Source of the DNA: Desulfuromonadales bacterium
GTDB lineage: Bacteria > Desulfobacterota > Desulfuromonadia > Desulfuromonadales > SZUA-540
Assembly: GCA_033549025.1 (NCBI GenBank)
Contig: JAWSUS010000011.1
Location: 1-64,000, forward strand
Direction of reading: 5' to 3'
DNA length: 64,000 nt
Made by a program: the position numbers and the translations under genes
Shown: positions 48,401 to 57,040 of the stretch, one piece after another
Layout: every line of letters starts with the position of its first letter
Position numbering within the stretch: the first letter of the stretch is position 1
Notes under the pieces: model-generated
Seen by the model: only the letters and a program-made list of their open reading frames with translations
The model's database searches: none
Told to the model about the DNA's origin: nothing

Positions 48401-49090
48401 CGTCTGCTGAACAGCCCCTGCTGGAGCGGCCTGACCACCAATGGTCGTGCCTACTCGGCCTATGCCTTTAATGTCGAGCGGCTGGTGCCCTGGCGCACCC
48501 TGACGGGCCGCCAGCACTTCTACCTGGACCACGAAGGCTACATCGCCGCCGGCGAACACCTGCCGACCTACAAGCCCAAGCCCGATCCCAGCTCTCTGCA
48601 GGATCTGGTGCTGAGCGAGACGGGGGAAAAGACCCTCATGCTCAACTACCTCACCCCCCACGGCAAGTGGAACATTCACAGCACCTACGGCGATAATCAT
48701 CGCATGCTGACCCTGTCAAGGGGCTGTCATCCATTCTGGATGAACGACCGCGACGCCGAAGAGCTCGGTGTCAAGGACAACGACTGGGTGGAAGTCTTCA
48801 ACGACCACGGCGTCGTGGTGACGCGGACGGTAGTCAGCGCCCGTATTCCGGCGGGGCTCGCCTTCCTTTACCATGCCCCGGAACGCACCATGGGGGTGCC
48901 GAAGTCGCCGCTGCGGGGCAACAAACGGGCCGGTGGCCACAACAGTCTCAACCGCATCCGACTCAAGCCCAATCTGATGCTCGGAGGCTATGGCCAGTTT
49001 ACCTACGGCTGGAACTACTGGGGTCCGACGGGGGCCAACCGCGACACCTTCATCCTGGTGCGCAAACTTCAAGGCGAACCGCAATACTGA
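45467..49090 (+). CDS. narG: Respiratory nitrate reductase alpha subunit
   Basis: [28 protein letters not shown]; no Tat signal. Confidence 0.97.
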   Translation: MSWIKDIFDPKARAWEEFYRNRHQCDKVVRSTHGVNCTGSCSWNVHVKDGIVAWELQATDYPELEEGIPPYEPRGCPRGAAFSWYIYSPLRIKYPYLRGVLMDLWRQAKEDHKDPVAAWAAIVENAESRSRYQQARGKGGFRRSSWEEVEEMIAASTIYTIKKYGADRLIGFSPIPAMSMLSFAGGSRFMQLMGGVNLSFYDWYCDLPNASPEIWGEQTDVAESADWYNSKYIAVVGSNVDMTRTPDAHYLVEARHNGSKVTVLSPDFNVTAKHADWWIPAHAGQDGVFWMAVNHVILKEFHAEGKTPFFFDYLKRYTDSPFLIQLEETGGGYRPGRMLSAASLARYREEENAAFKYLIWDEGGQQPRMPLGTLGFRWQEKKGEWNLQMKDGQDGQELSPALSLLEGREGVLEVDFDDFGAGRATRRGVPVRYVQTHDGPVAVTTIYDLLMAQFGVGRGLAGDYPGSYDDDSGVYTPAWQEKFTGIDRTGVIQFAREWAATAEKTEGKCSIIIGAGVNHWYHANLIYRAGIVALMLCGCVGRNGGGLNHYVGQEKLAPVAPWATIAGALDWSRPPRFQNTPSFHYVHSDQWRYERTADEVRINPVAQETPLSADHTIDHQIRAVRQGWLPFYPQFDRSPAEVVEQARAAGASDNQGIVDWTVKQLVDKKMKFAVEDPDAPENWPRVWFIWRGNALMSSGKGHEYFLKHYLGTHHSSVAPETARESIKEVRWHDQAPEGKLDLVVDINFRMDTTALYSDIVLPTATWYEKDDLSSTDMHSFIHPMQEAVPPCWESKSDWDIFKGLAKRVSQLAEVHLPKPVRDIVAVPLQHDTPAEMAQPTIRDWSKGECEAIPGKTMPGLVVVERDYVNLYNRFISFGPGARQHGIGAHGLSWSIEDFYDDLKRTNPTVSWNGQDFPSLAEARDAANVILALAPETNGEAAYRAYQAEEKKVGLPLCDLAEGNRNVRTTFDDLNARPRRLLNSPCWSGLTTNGRAYSAYAFNVERLVPWRTLTGRQHFYLDHEGYIAAGEHLPTYKPKPDPSSLQDLVLSETGEKTLMLNYLTPHGKWNIHSTYGDNHRMLTLSRGCHPFWMNDRDAEELGVKDNDWVEVFNDHGVVVTRTVVSARIPAGLAFLYHAPERTMGVPKSPLRGNKRAGGHNSLNRIRLKPNLMLGGYGQFTYGWNYWGPTGANRDTFILVRKLQGEPQY

Positions 49091-49109
49091 TGAAACAGGA
49101 GAATCGACC

Positions 49110-50597
49110 ATGAATATACGCGCCCAGGTGTCATCTGTTTTTCATCTCGACAAATGTATCGGCTGTCACACCTGCAGTATTGCCTGCAAGAACCTGTGGA
49201 CCGACCGCAAAGGGTCGGAGTACATGTGGTGGAACAACGTGGAGACCAAACCGGGTACCGGTTATCCGACCCGCTGGGAGGATCAGGAGGTCTATCGCGG
49301 CGGCTGGGAGACCGTCGGTTCCCAGCTTCAGCTCAAAATGGGCGGCCGTGGCAAGACCCTGGGGAAACTCTTTCACAATCCCCATCTGCCCACCATGGAT
49401 GACTATTATGAGCCCTTCACCTACAGGTACGGTGACCTGACCTCGGCCCCGGCCGGCGAGGACCAGCCGACGGCCCGCCCGGTATCGATGGTGAGCGGCA
49501 AGCCGATGAATATCGAGGCCGGGCCCAACTGGGACGACGATCTGTCCGGTTCCCGCCTTTATGCCGCCAATGACCCGGGCGTTCTCAAGCTGAGTGACGA
49601 GGAGCAGGCGCAGATGTTCGCCATCGAAAAGATGGTGATGTTCTATCTGCCGCGGATCTGCAATCATTGCCTCAACGCCGGCTGCGTGGCGGGCTGCCCT
49701 TCGGGGGCCATCTACAAGCGCGGCGAGGACGGCATCGTGGTGGTCAGCCAGGACAAGTGCCGGGGCTGGCGCATGTGCGTATCGGCCTGCCCCTACAAAA
49801 AGACCTACTACGGTTGGGAAAACGGCAAGGCCGAGAAGTGCATCCTCTGCTATCCGCGCCAGGAGGCCGGCGAAGCGCCGGGCTGTTTCCACTCCTGTGT
49901 CGGGCGCATCCGTTATCTCGGCGTGCTGCTCTACGACGCCGACCGCATTGAAGAAGTGGCAAAACGGGAGGACGGTGAACTGGCTGCCGCCCAGCGTGAC
50001 ATCATTCTCGATCCTTTCGATCCTGATATCCAGGCCAAGGCCCGCCAGGCTGGCATCGCTCAGCAGGTTCTCGACGCGGCCCAGCGTTCCCCCGTCTACC
50101 GCTTCGTCAAAGAGTGGGGCCTGGCGCTCCCCTTGCACCCTGAGTTCCGCACCCTGCCCATGCTGTTCTACGTGCCGCCCTTGCTTCCCCTTCTCTCCCG
50201 TGAGAATCAGGGGACGCAGAAGCTGGCCGCCGAATTCTTTACCACCCTGGAAGAGGCGCGTCTGCCTGTGCGCTACCTGGCCGACATGTTCTCCGGCGGC
50301 AACGAGGAGGAGGTCAGGGCGGTCTACCGCAAGCTCATCGCGGTGCGTTTGCAGAGACGGGCAGGAAGCGTTGGTGATATCTCGGGGGCAGAGGCGGCCA
50401 AAGCCCGGGAAGAGGCGGGACTCAGCGCCGAGGCCATTGCCGCTATCTTCCGCATGACTTCCCTGACCCGCATGGAAGAGCGCATCGTCATCCCCCCCAT
50501 GCTGCGGGAACAGGCCATCGAAGCGGGGATGGACCCGGAAACTCACCGGCAGGAAATGGGCTTCGGCAGCCACCGTTCCCCGGGGAGGCGCTGGTAA
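49110..50597 (+). CDS. narH: Nitrate reductase beta subunit
   Basis: DKCIGCHTCS, CNHCLN, CRGWRMC, CILCYP. Start at MNIRAQ after AGGAG. Confidence 0.97.
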   Translation: MNIRAQVSSVFHLDKCIGCHTCSIACKNLWTDRKGSEYMWWNNVETKPGTGYPTRWEDQEVYRGGWETVGSQLQLKMGGRGKTLGKLFHNPHLPTMDDYYEPFTYRYGDLTSAPAGEDQPTARPVSMVSGKPMNIEAGPNWDDDLSGSRLYAANDPGVLKLSDEEQAQMFAIEKMVMFYLPRICNHCLNAGCVAGCPSGAIYKRGEDGIVVVSQDKCRGWRMCVSACPYKKTYYGWENGKAEKCILCYPRQEAGEAPGCFHSCVGRIRYLGVLLYDADRIEEVAKREDGELAAAQRDIILDPFDPDIQAKARQAGIAQQVLDAAQRSPVYRFVKEWGLALPLHPEFRTLPMLFYVPPLLPLLSRENQGTQKLAAEFFTTLEEARLPVRYLADMFSGGNEEEVRAVYRKLIAVRLQRRAGSVGDISGAEAAKAREEAGLSAEAIAAIFRMTSLTRMEERIVIPPMLREQAIEAGMDPETHRQEMGFGSHRSPGRRW

Positions 50598-51169
50598 TGA
50601 CCCTGCCCTTGGCCGATCATCAGAAAACCTGCAGCTGTTTCGCGACCCTGCTGGGCTATCCACAGGAGGGTCTGACGGACGTCTTGACGACCTGCACAGC
50701 CTTGCTGGAAGGACAGGGAGTGGCCGCCAGGACCCTGGACCCTTTTTGCCGTGTTTTGGAAGAGGAGGGGGTGGGCCGACTGGAGGAGCTCTACACAGCC
50801 GCTTTCGACCTGCAGCCCCAATGCTACCCTTACGTTGGTTATCAGCTGTTCGGAGAAGGGAAGCAGCGACCCCTCTTCCTTATCAAACTGCAGGAATGTT
50901 ACCGACAGCAGGGATACCTCGGCGGCGGCGAGCTGCCTGACCATGTCAGCGAAGTCTTGCGTTTTCTCGCCACAGCCGCGACGGAAAGAGTGCGAAACGA
51001 AGTGATCGAGGACGCCTTGTTGCCGGCCCTGAGGAACATGACGCCTCCGGAGCCAGATGCCCTCGGCCCCTATGGCCGTGTGTTGCAAGCCCTGCAGGAA
51101 TTTTTGGCTGCTCAGATGACTATCAGCACAGCGGGGCATAGCCCCGGCCTGAAACAGGAGGTTAGATGA
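50597..51169 (+). CDS. narJ: Nitrate reductase assembly chaperone
   Basis: LLGYP, YT..FD, ELPDH; position in operon. Confidence 0.9.
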   Translation: MTLPLADHQKTCSCFATLLGYPQEGLTDVLTTCTALLEGQGVAARTLDPFCRVLEEEGVGRLEELYTAAFDLQPQCYPYVGYQLFGEGKQRPLFLIKLQECYRQQGYLGGGELPDHVSEVLRFLATAATERVRNEVIEDALLPALRNMTPPEPDALGPYGRVLQALQEFLAAQMTISTAGHSPGLKQEVR

Positions 51170-51843
51170 TGATGGACCTCATTCTCTTCGGCATTTTCCC
51201 TTATGTAGCCGTGGCGCTGGCTGTGGCCGTCGGGCTGTATCGCTACTTTTTCGACCGCTATTCCTGGTCATCCCATTCCTCCCAGTTTCTGGAGAGCCGG
51301 GCGCTGTACTGGGGCTCGGTGCCCTGGCATTACGCCATTCTGCTCATTCTGGCCGCCCATCTCTTTGCCTTCCTGCTGCCTGAAAGCTGGGGCGCCATGC
51401 TCGGTCGTCCTTTGCGTCTGTACCTGCTGGAGGTCAGTGGTTTGGCCCTGGGCCTGGCGACGGTGGTGGCTCTCCTTCTGCTGATCGTAAGGCGGAGTAT
51501 GGACCCGCGTCTGTCCGGCGTGACGACGGCAATGGACTGGGCCGTCCTCTTTGTCCTCCTGTTGCAAGCCGGCACGGGGGTCTATATCGCTTTCACCCTG
51601 CGCTGGGGCTCGGTGTGGTATCTGCACACCGCCACACCCTGGCTGTGGTCGCTGGTAAAACTCGATCCCCAGGTTCAGTATTTGGCCGTATTGCCGGTCG
51701 TGGTCAAACTGCACGCCGTCAACGCCTTCCTGCTGGTAGCCCTGCTGCCCTTTTCACGGCTCGTTCATCTGCTCAGCGTTCCCTTGTCCTATTTGACGCG
51801 TTCCTATCAGCTGGTGATCTGGCAATTGCGCCGGACGCCCTGA
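51166..51843 (+). CDS. narI: Nitrate reductase gamma subunit
   Basis: FPY, SSQFLE, WH..H, KLH, PFSRLVH. Confidence 0.95.
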   Translation: MMMDLILFGIFPYVAVALAVAVGLYRYFFDRYSWSSHSSQFLESRALYWGSVPWHYAILLILAAHLFAFLLPESWGAMLGRPLRLYLLEVSGLALGLATVVALLLLIVRRSMDPRLSGVTTAMDWAVLFVLLLQAGTGVYIAFTLRWGSVWYLHTATPWLWSLVKLDPQVQYLAVLPVVVKLHAVNAFLLVALLPFSRLVHLLSVPLSYLTRSYQLVIWQLRRTP

Positions 51844-51888
51844 TGCGAATTCGCTGAGGACTCTTCTGCATAAAGGAAAAAACGGACT

Positions 51889-53268
51889 ATGGCCTCCCGT
51901 ATTCTAAAAGAATGGAACCCCGAAGATGACGCCTTCTGGCGCGACCGGGGCAAGCGCATCGCCAACGCCAATCTGTGGATATCCATTCCAGCTCTCTTCC
52001 TTGCCTTCGCCGTCTGGATGGTGTGGAGTGTGGTCGTGGTGAATCTGCCGCGGGTGGGCTTCAGCTTCTCCACCAACCAGCTGTTCTGGCTGGCGGCCCT
52101 GCCTGGCTTGTCGGGGGCGACCCTGCGAATCTTCTATTCCTTCATGGTTCCCATTTTCGGCGGACGCTTGTGGACCACTCTGAGTACCGCCTCGCTACTG
52201 TTGCCGGCCGTGGGCATCGGTTTGGCCGTGCAGAATCCGAATACGCCGTATGGCATCTTTCTGCTGCTGGCGCTGCTGTGCGGTTTTGGCGGCGGCAACT
52301 TCGCTTCAAGCATGGCCAACATCAGCTTTTTCTTCCCCAAGGCCCAGAAAGGTATGGCCCTGGGCCTCAATGCGGGTCTAGGCAATCTGGGGGTGAGCGC
52401 CATGCAGTTTTTGGTGCCTATCGTCATTACCGCCGGCGTCTTCGGTGCCCTCGGTGGGCATCCGCAGATACTGGAGGGTGCCGAAGGGGCGCGGCCCGTC
52501 TGGCTGCAGAACGCGGGTTTCATCTGGGTCCCCTTTATTCTGGCCAACACCTTCGCCGCCTGGTTCGGCATGCACGATATTGCCGCCGCCAAGGCCTCCT
52601 TCAGTGAACAGGCGGTAATTTTTAAACGCAAGCATAACTGGCTGATGTGCTGGCTTTATCTTGGCACCTTTGGGTCTTTTATCGGCTATTCAGCCGGTAT
52701 GCCGCTGCTCATCAAGGGACAGTTTCCGCATATCGATCCGACGCGCTACGCCTTTCTCGGCCCCTTTGTCGGCGCCCTGGCCAGGCCTCTGGGGGGGTGG
52801 ATTGCTGATAAGCTTGGCGGCGCTCGCGTCACCTTCTGGAATTTCATCGTCATGGCCCTGGCTGTGCTGGGCGTCCTCTATTTCTTGCCGGAAAACGGCA
52901 GCGGTGGCCATTTCTGGGGATTTTTTGGCATGTTCGTGCTGCTGTTTTTGACCACCGGGATCGGCAACGGGTCCACCTTCCGCATGATTCCGGTGATCTT
53001 CATGCGATTGCACGAGGAAGGCAAAAGCGACGAGACGGCCTTGGAACAGGCCCGACGGGAGGCCGCCAAGGAGTCTGCGGCGGTTCTTGGCTTCAGTTCG
53101 GCGTTTGCGGCCTATGGCGCCTTTTTTATCCCCAAAGCTTTTGGCACTTCCATCAGCCTGACGGGCGGGGCCGAAGCGGCCCTTTACGGTTTCCTCGTCT
53201 TCTACCTGAGCTGCATCGCCGTGACCTGGTGGTACTATGCCCGCAAAGGGGCACAGATGCCTTGCTGA
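51889..53268 (+). CDS. narK: Nitrate/nitrite transporter (NarK type)
   Basis: WNPED..FW, GGGNFASSM, GNGSTF. Confidence 0.95.
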   Translation: MASRILKEWNPEDDAFWRDRGKRIANANLWISIPALFLAFAVWMVWSVVVVNLPRVGFSFSTNQLFWLAALPGLSGATLRIFYSFMVPIFGGRLWTTLSTASLLLPAVGIGLAVQNPNTPYGIFLLLALLCGFGGGNFASSMANISFFFPKAQKGMALGLNAGLGNLGVSAMQFLVPIVITAGVFGALGGHPQILEGAEGARPVWLQNAGFIWVPFILANTFAAWFGMHDIAAAKASFSEQAVIFKRKHNWLMCWLYLGTFGSFIGYSAGMPLLIKGQFPHIDPTRYAFLGPFVGALARPLGGWIADKLGGARVTFWNFIVMALAVLGVLYFLPENGSGGHFWGFFGMFVLLFLTTGIGNGSTFRMIPVIFMRLHEEGKSDETALEQARREAAKESAAVLGFSSAFAAYGAFFIPKAFGTSISLTGGAEAALYGFLVFYLSCIAVTWWYYARKGAQMPC

Positions 53269-53298
53269 GGGCTTTTTAGCGCGAAAAAGGAGAGTTGA

Positions 53299-53745
53299 AT
53301 GGATAACCAGGAAAAAACGGCCTTAATAAACGAAATCATGCGAACGGCTCCCGATGCCATCCTCTATGCCGACGCCGAGGGCCTGATCCGCCTGTGGAAC
53401 CAGGGGGCGGAGCGCCTTTTCGGCTTCTCGGAGGCGGAAGCTGTGGGCCAGTCCCTCGACCTGATCATTCCCGAAAAGCTGCGTCAACGGCACTGGGACG
53501 GCTATAACAAGGTCATGAAGACCGGCCAGTCCCGTTATCATACCGACCTGCTCTCGGCCCCGGCCACTACCAGGGAAGGGAAACAGCTGTCGACAGAATT
53601 TTCCATGGTTTTGCTCAAGGATGAACAGGGGCAGCCGAAGGGGGTGGCAGCCATCATGCGGGATGTCAGTGAACGCTGGCAGCGGGAAAAAGAGTTGAAG
53701 CAGAAGATTGCCACCTTGCAGGAAGCTGCTAGCCTTAAGGGGTAG
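53299..53745 (+). CDS. Stand-alone PAS domain protein
   Basis: WNQGAERLFG, GQSLDLIIP, RDVSE plus short coiled coil. Confidence 0.88.
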   Translation: MDNQEKTALINEIMRTAPDAILYADAEGLIRLWNQGAERLFGFSEAEAVGQSLDLIIPEKLRQRHWDGYNKVMKTGQSRYHTDLLSAPATTREGKQLSTEFSMVLLKDEQGQPKGVAAIMRDVSERWQREKELKQKIATLQEAASLKG

Positions 53746-53774
53746 AGTGGGTATCTTTTGTGAGGAGGTGCGCA

Positions 53775-54251
53775 ATGGTAAATCAGCAAAATGCCTGTTT
53801 AACCTTTGATGGGGCCTGCGACGCCGCCATCGACATGGAGGGCCGCATATACCAGCATTTTCTGCAGGCGATTCGCCTGGTCAGGGATGAGGCGGCCGTA
53901 GCCATTCTCCGAGACGCGGCCATCGACCGCTTGCAGATTAAACACAAGCTGGAGGAGGCGGCGCTCAAGGGGAAAATCGACCAGCAGTCCGTTCAGGGCC
54001 GTGTACCGACCATGGAATTGCTGCTGAACTGTTGTGATCCCAGTCAGATCGACGCCAAGGCCGACAATCGCAAGGCGCTGGCCTTCGCCATCCAGTTGTC
54101 CAAGGACGCGCTTAAATTCTACCGCACCATGGCGGACGAGTGCAGCGGAGCCCCCATGGCCGAGCTCTTCACGGCCCTGGGCGACGATCAGACCCGCATC
54201 CTGCAGCAGCTTGAGTACACCTATGAAGAGCACTTTCTGCCCGAGAATTGA
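53775..54251 (+). CDS. Ferritin/rubrerythrin-like four-helix protein lacking most iron ligands
   Basis: Two-fold repeat AI..E...Y / AI......FY..., GAGGAGG RBS. Confidence 0.7.
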   Translation: MVNQQNACLTFDGACDAAIDMEGRIYQHFLQAIRLVRDEAAVAILRDAAIDRLQIKHKLEEAALKGKIDQQSVQGRVPTMELLLNCCDPSQIDAKADNRKALAFAIQLSKDALKFYRTMADECSGAPMAELFTALGDDQTRILQQLEYTYEEHFLPEN

Positions 54252-54314
54252 GGCGGAATCCATCCCTCTGTTCTGACCCGCTAGGCGCTGCTCATCAGAG
54301 AGGAGATGCGTGTC

Positions 54315-54473
54315 ATGTCCGATGAAAACAGGAGAGCCCCGATAAGGTCAGGGCGGATGGCTTTTTACCTGTTCCTTGCCGCCATGGCCCTGGGCCTGGC
54401 CATTTACGCTCTGGCCAGAGACCCGGACCCCGGCTTCCCGATCAATATGATTCATCTGCTGTTCAGGGATTGA
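54315..54473 (+). CDS. Small single-TM protein (52 aa, not in ORF track)
   Basis: GAGGAG RBS; MSDENRRAPIRSGRMAFYLFLAAMALGLAIYALARDPDPGFPINMIHLLFRD. Confidence 0.6.
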   Translation: MSDENRRAPIRSGRMAFYLFLAAMALGLAIYALARDPDPGFPINMIHLLFRD

Positions 54474-54486
54474 ATTCCGGTTCCAA

Positions 54487-54530
54487 GCCCTCGTCAGTCG
54501 GGCGGTCTTCGACGGGGCGGTTTCCTTTTT
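54487..54530 (+). terminator. Possible terminator of the nar transcript
   Basis: Imperfect GCCCTCGTC/GACGGGGC stem followed by a T-rich tract. Confidence 0.45.
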
Positions 54531-54541
54531 TCGTTTTATGG

Positions 54542-54602
54542 GATAAAAAGGGGAGATATTCCGGCCTCACTGACTGGCCGGCACCTTTTTCCCCTTTTTA
54601 TC
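54542..54602. repeat. Nested inverted repeat upstream of the MFS gene
   Basis: GATAAAAAGGGGA/TCCCCTTTTTATC (13 bp perfect) enclosing CCGGCC/GGCCGG. Confidence 0.75.
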
Positions 54603-54620
54603 GCCGGACCCGAGACGACC

Positions 54621-55976
54621 ATGGAACATCCCACCGCCACTGACCAGCAACGCCGGCGCCTGGTGCCGCTGCTGTGCTTTATCGTTTTTTTCTCCGTTCT
54701 GAACGGCACCATGTTCAATGTGGCGGTTCCCGACATCGCCGCTGAGTTCAATCTCTCCCCCGGCGAGGTCAGCTGGGTGATCACCATCTATATCGTCGCC
54801 TTCGCCCTGGCGGCCGTCACCTACGGTAAGCTGGCCGATCTTTTCCCCGTACGCAACCTCATTACCATCGGCCTCCTTTTTTTCAACGTCGGAGCCCTGT
54901 TGGGCTACGTCGCCGACTGGTATCCCCTGCTGATCGGCGCCCGCTTTATTCAGGCGGTTGGCGGCGGCTCCATCCCGGCCATGGGCATGCTGGTGGCGAC
55001 GCGCTACTTTCCTCCGGACATGCGGGGGCGGGTGCTGGGGGCCGTTGCCTCCACCGTCGCCTTCGCCTCGGGCGTGGGCCCGCTGGTTGGCGGCCTGCTG
55101 GCCGGGAGTTTCGACTGGCGCACCCTTTTCCTCCTCTCGCTCATGACCCTGGTGGCCATCCCCCTGTTTCGGCGTTTTCTGCCGGCCGAAGCCGGGTCTC
55201 GCGGGGAGTTCGACCGCCTCGGCGCCGGCTACCTGGCTACGGCCGTGGTGCTGCTGTTGCTCTTTGTCGCCCAGGGGGAAGCCTGGGCGTTGCCCTTGGG
55301 GGCGCTGGCTCTGCTGGTCTTTGTCCGCCACATCCGCCGCCATCCGGCGCCCTTTGTTCCGGTCTCTCTTTTTGCCAATTCCCGTTACAGCCTGGGTTTG
55401 TTGACTGTCTTTCTGGCCGTGGGGACGGTCTTCGGCATGTTTTTTCTCATCCCCCTGCTTCTGCGGCAGATTCATCAGCTCGACACCCTCCAGATCGGCC
55501 TGTCCCTGTTCCCCGGCGCCATGGCGGCCGCCATCCTGGGCAACATCGGCGGTCGCCTGGCGGATCGGATCGGCAGCCCGGTGGTGGTGCGCAGCGGTCT
55601 GGTTCTGCTCAGTATCGGGTTTCTGTGGTTGGCCTCCATAGCCGGCCATTCGGCCTGGGCTGTCGCCCTCGTGCTGATGGTCTGTTATGTCGGTTTTTCG
55701 CTGATTCACGCGGCCTTGGCCAAGACCATATCCCTGACCCTCCCGCACGCGCAGGCCGGCATCGGCATGGGCTTCTACAATCTCGTCTTCTTTACCGCCG
55801 GCGCTTTCGGTGCCGCCGTGGCCGCGCGGCTGCTGGAAATGGCTCCCGGCGTCGGTGCGCAAGCGTTGTCGGTGACTCCTTATCGGCTGGTCTTTCTGTT
55901 GTCGGCAGTCACCGATTTGCTGGCCCTGGCGCTTTTTTACTATCGCTTCAGGAGGAGTGAGGAGACAAGTCCTTGA
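54621..55976 (+). CDS. DHA2 MFS efflux transporter, Tet(K)/Tet(L)-like
   Basis: FFSVLN..FNVA.PDIA, YGKLAD, ARFIQ, RY.P...RG, GVGP.VGG. Confidence 0.85.
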   Translation: MEHPTATDQQRRRLVPLLCFIVFFSVLNGTMFNVAVPDIAAEFNLSPGEVSWVITIYIVAFALAAVTYGKLADLFPVRNLITIGLLFFNVGALLGYVADWYPLLIGARFIQAVGGGSIPAMGMLVATRYFPPDMRGRVLGAVASTVAFASGVGPLVGGLLAGSFDWRTLFLLSLMTLVAIPLFRRFLPAEAGSRGEFDRLGAGYLATAVVLLLLFVAQGEAWALPLGALALLVFVRHIRRHPAPFVPVSLFANSRYSLGLLTVFLAVGTVFGMFFLIPLLLRQIHQLDTLQIGLSLFPGAMAAAILGNIGGRLADRIGSPVVVRSGLVLLSIGFLWLASIAGHSAWAVALVLMVCYVGFSLIHAALAKTISLTLPHAQAGIGMGFYNLVFFTAGAFGAAVAARLLEMAPGVGAQALSVTPYRLVFLLSAVTDLLALALFYYRFRRSEETSP

Positions 55977-55986
55977 GGAGGGGAGG

Positions 55987-56337
55987 ATGTCCATTTGCCT
56001 GAAAAGAGCCTATGAGCCGCCCCAGCCGCAGGATGGCTATCGCGTCCTGGTCGATGGCCTGTGGCCGCGGGGCCTGTCCAAGGATGCGCTGCAGGTACAG
56101 GAATGGTTGAAGGAGATCGCGCCCAGCCGTGAGCTGCGGCGGTGGTTCGGGCATGATCCGGACCGGTGGGAAGAATTCAGGCGCCGCTACTTCGAGGAAC
56201 TGGAGGCGAAGGGGAAGGCGCTGACAGAACTGCGGGAGCGGGCCAAGCAGGGGACTTTGACTCTGGTCTACGCCGCCCGCGACGAGGAGCACAACAACGC
56301 CGTGGCGCTGCGGGACTATCTGCTCCGTCGGAAGTGA
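55987..56337 (+). CDS. DUF488/YeaO family protein
   Basis: KRAYE, DGYRVLVD.LWPRG.SK, APS.ELR.WF.HD, HNNA. Confidence 0.9.
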   Translation: MSICLKRAYEPPQPQDGYRVLVDGLWPRGLSKDALQVQEWLKEIAPSRELRRWFGHDPDRWEEFRRRYFEELEAKGKALTELRERAKQGTLTLVYAARDEEHNNAVALRDYLLRRK

Positions 56338-56382
56338 GGGGCAGGCCCGCCAAAAGACGAGCCTGCCCTCAAGGGGGATGGC

Positions 56383-57006
56383 CTAGTGCTGATGAGCGCT
56401 CGGCGCCGCGGGCTGGCCGTGATGGGGTGCCTCATGCACGGCTTTGGCGATGCCCTCGACATAATGCACGTAGGTGACATAGGCCTCGACGAACTCGCGT
56501 CCAGCCGCCACGCTGCTGTCGGCCTGCTGCCGAGCCTCATGTGCGAGCTGGAAATAGTCGCGTACGCCTTCTTCCGCGTGGGCGGCAATGGCTTTGGCCA
56601 GGTCGTCGACGGAGCCCTGCTGCAAGGCACGATCAGAGCGGGCTATGACCGGAGCGATGGCGCCGGCGGGCTTGAGGCCGGTATAAGGCGCCCCTTCACC
56701 GGCCCGGTGAATGCGCACCAGGGTTTCAAAGAAGTAACGATCGGCCAGCTGCTTGGCCGCCGGGGAGAGCTGACGCACGGCGAGGGTCTGCGCGAAGGCG
56801 GCGCGGATCGCCTGTTCATCGGCGGCTCTCACCCACTTGAGGACGGGGGTGACATCCTCGTTTTCCAGGGCGGCCCTGGCCTCGACCACCACCGGCCCGT
56901 CGAGGGCATCACAGTGGGCGGCGGCCAGCCCCGGCAGCAGCAAGCCCACCCCCAGCAGGAAAAAGGTTGCCCGTCTCAACAGCGCCTGTCGTCCCATTTC
57001 TTTCAT
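56383..57006 (-). CDS. Secreted helical protein, DUF6448-like, predicted mature N-terminus HCD
   Basis: Signal peptide ending AAA, HCDALDGPV, FFETLVRIHR.GEG..YTGLKP, His-rich tail. Confidence 0.75.
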   Translation of the reverse strand: MKEMGRQALLRRATFFLLGVGLLLPGLAAAHCDALDGPVVVEARAALENEDVTPVLKWVRAADEQAIRAAFAQTLAVRQLSPAAKQLADRYFFETLVRIHRAGEGAPYTGLKPAGAIAPVIARSDRALQQGSVDDLAKAIAAHAEEGVRDYFQLAHEARQQADSSVAAGREFVEAYVTYVHYVEGIAKAVHEAPHHGQPAAPSAHQH

Positions 57007-57040
57007 CGCAAACTCCTTTCAATCTTGAATCCCGACAGCC

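Noticed and set aside
48990..49109. Upstream extension of narH, suggesting an overlap or frameshift fusion with narG
   Set aside because: narG ends normally, and narH has its own AGGAG RBS and the expected start at 49110.
47297..50663. 467-aa and 510-aa minus-strand ORFs
   Set aside because: Shadows of narG and narH in high-GC DNA.
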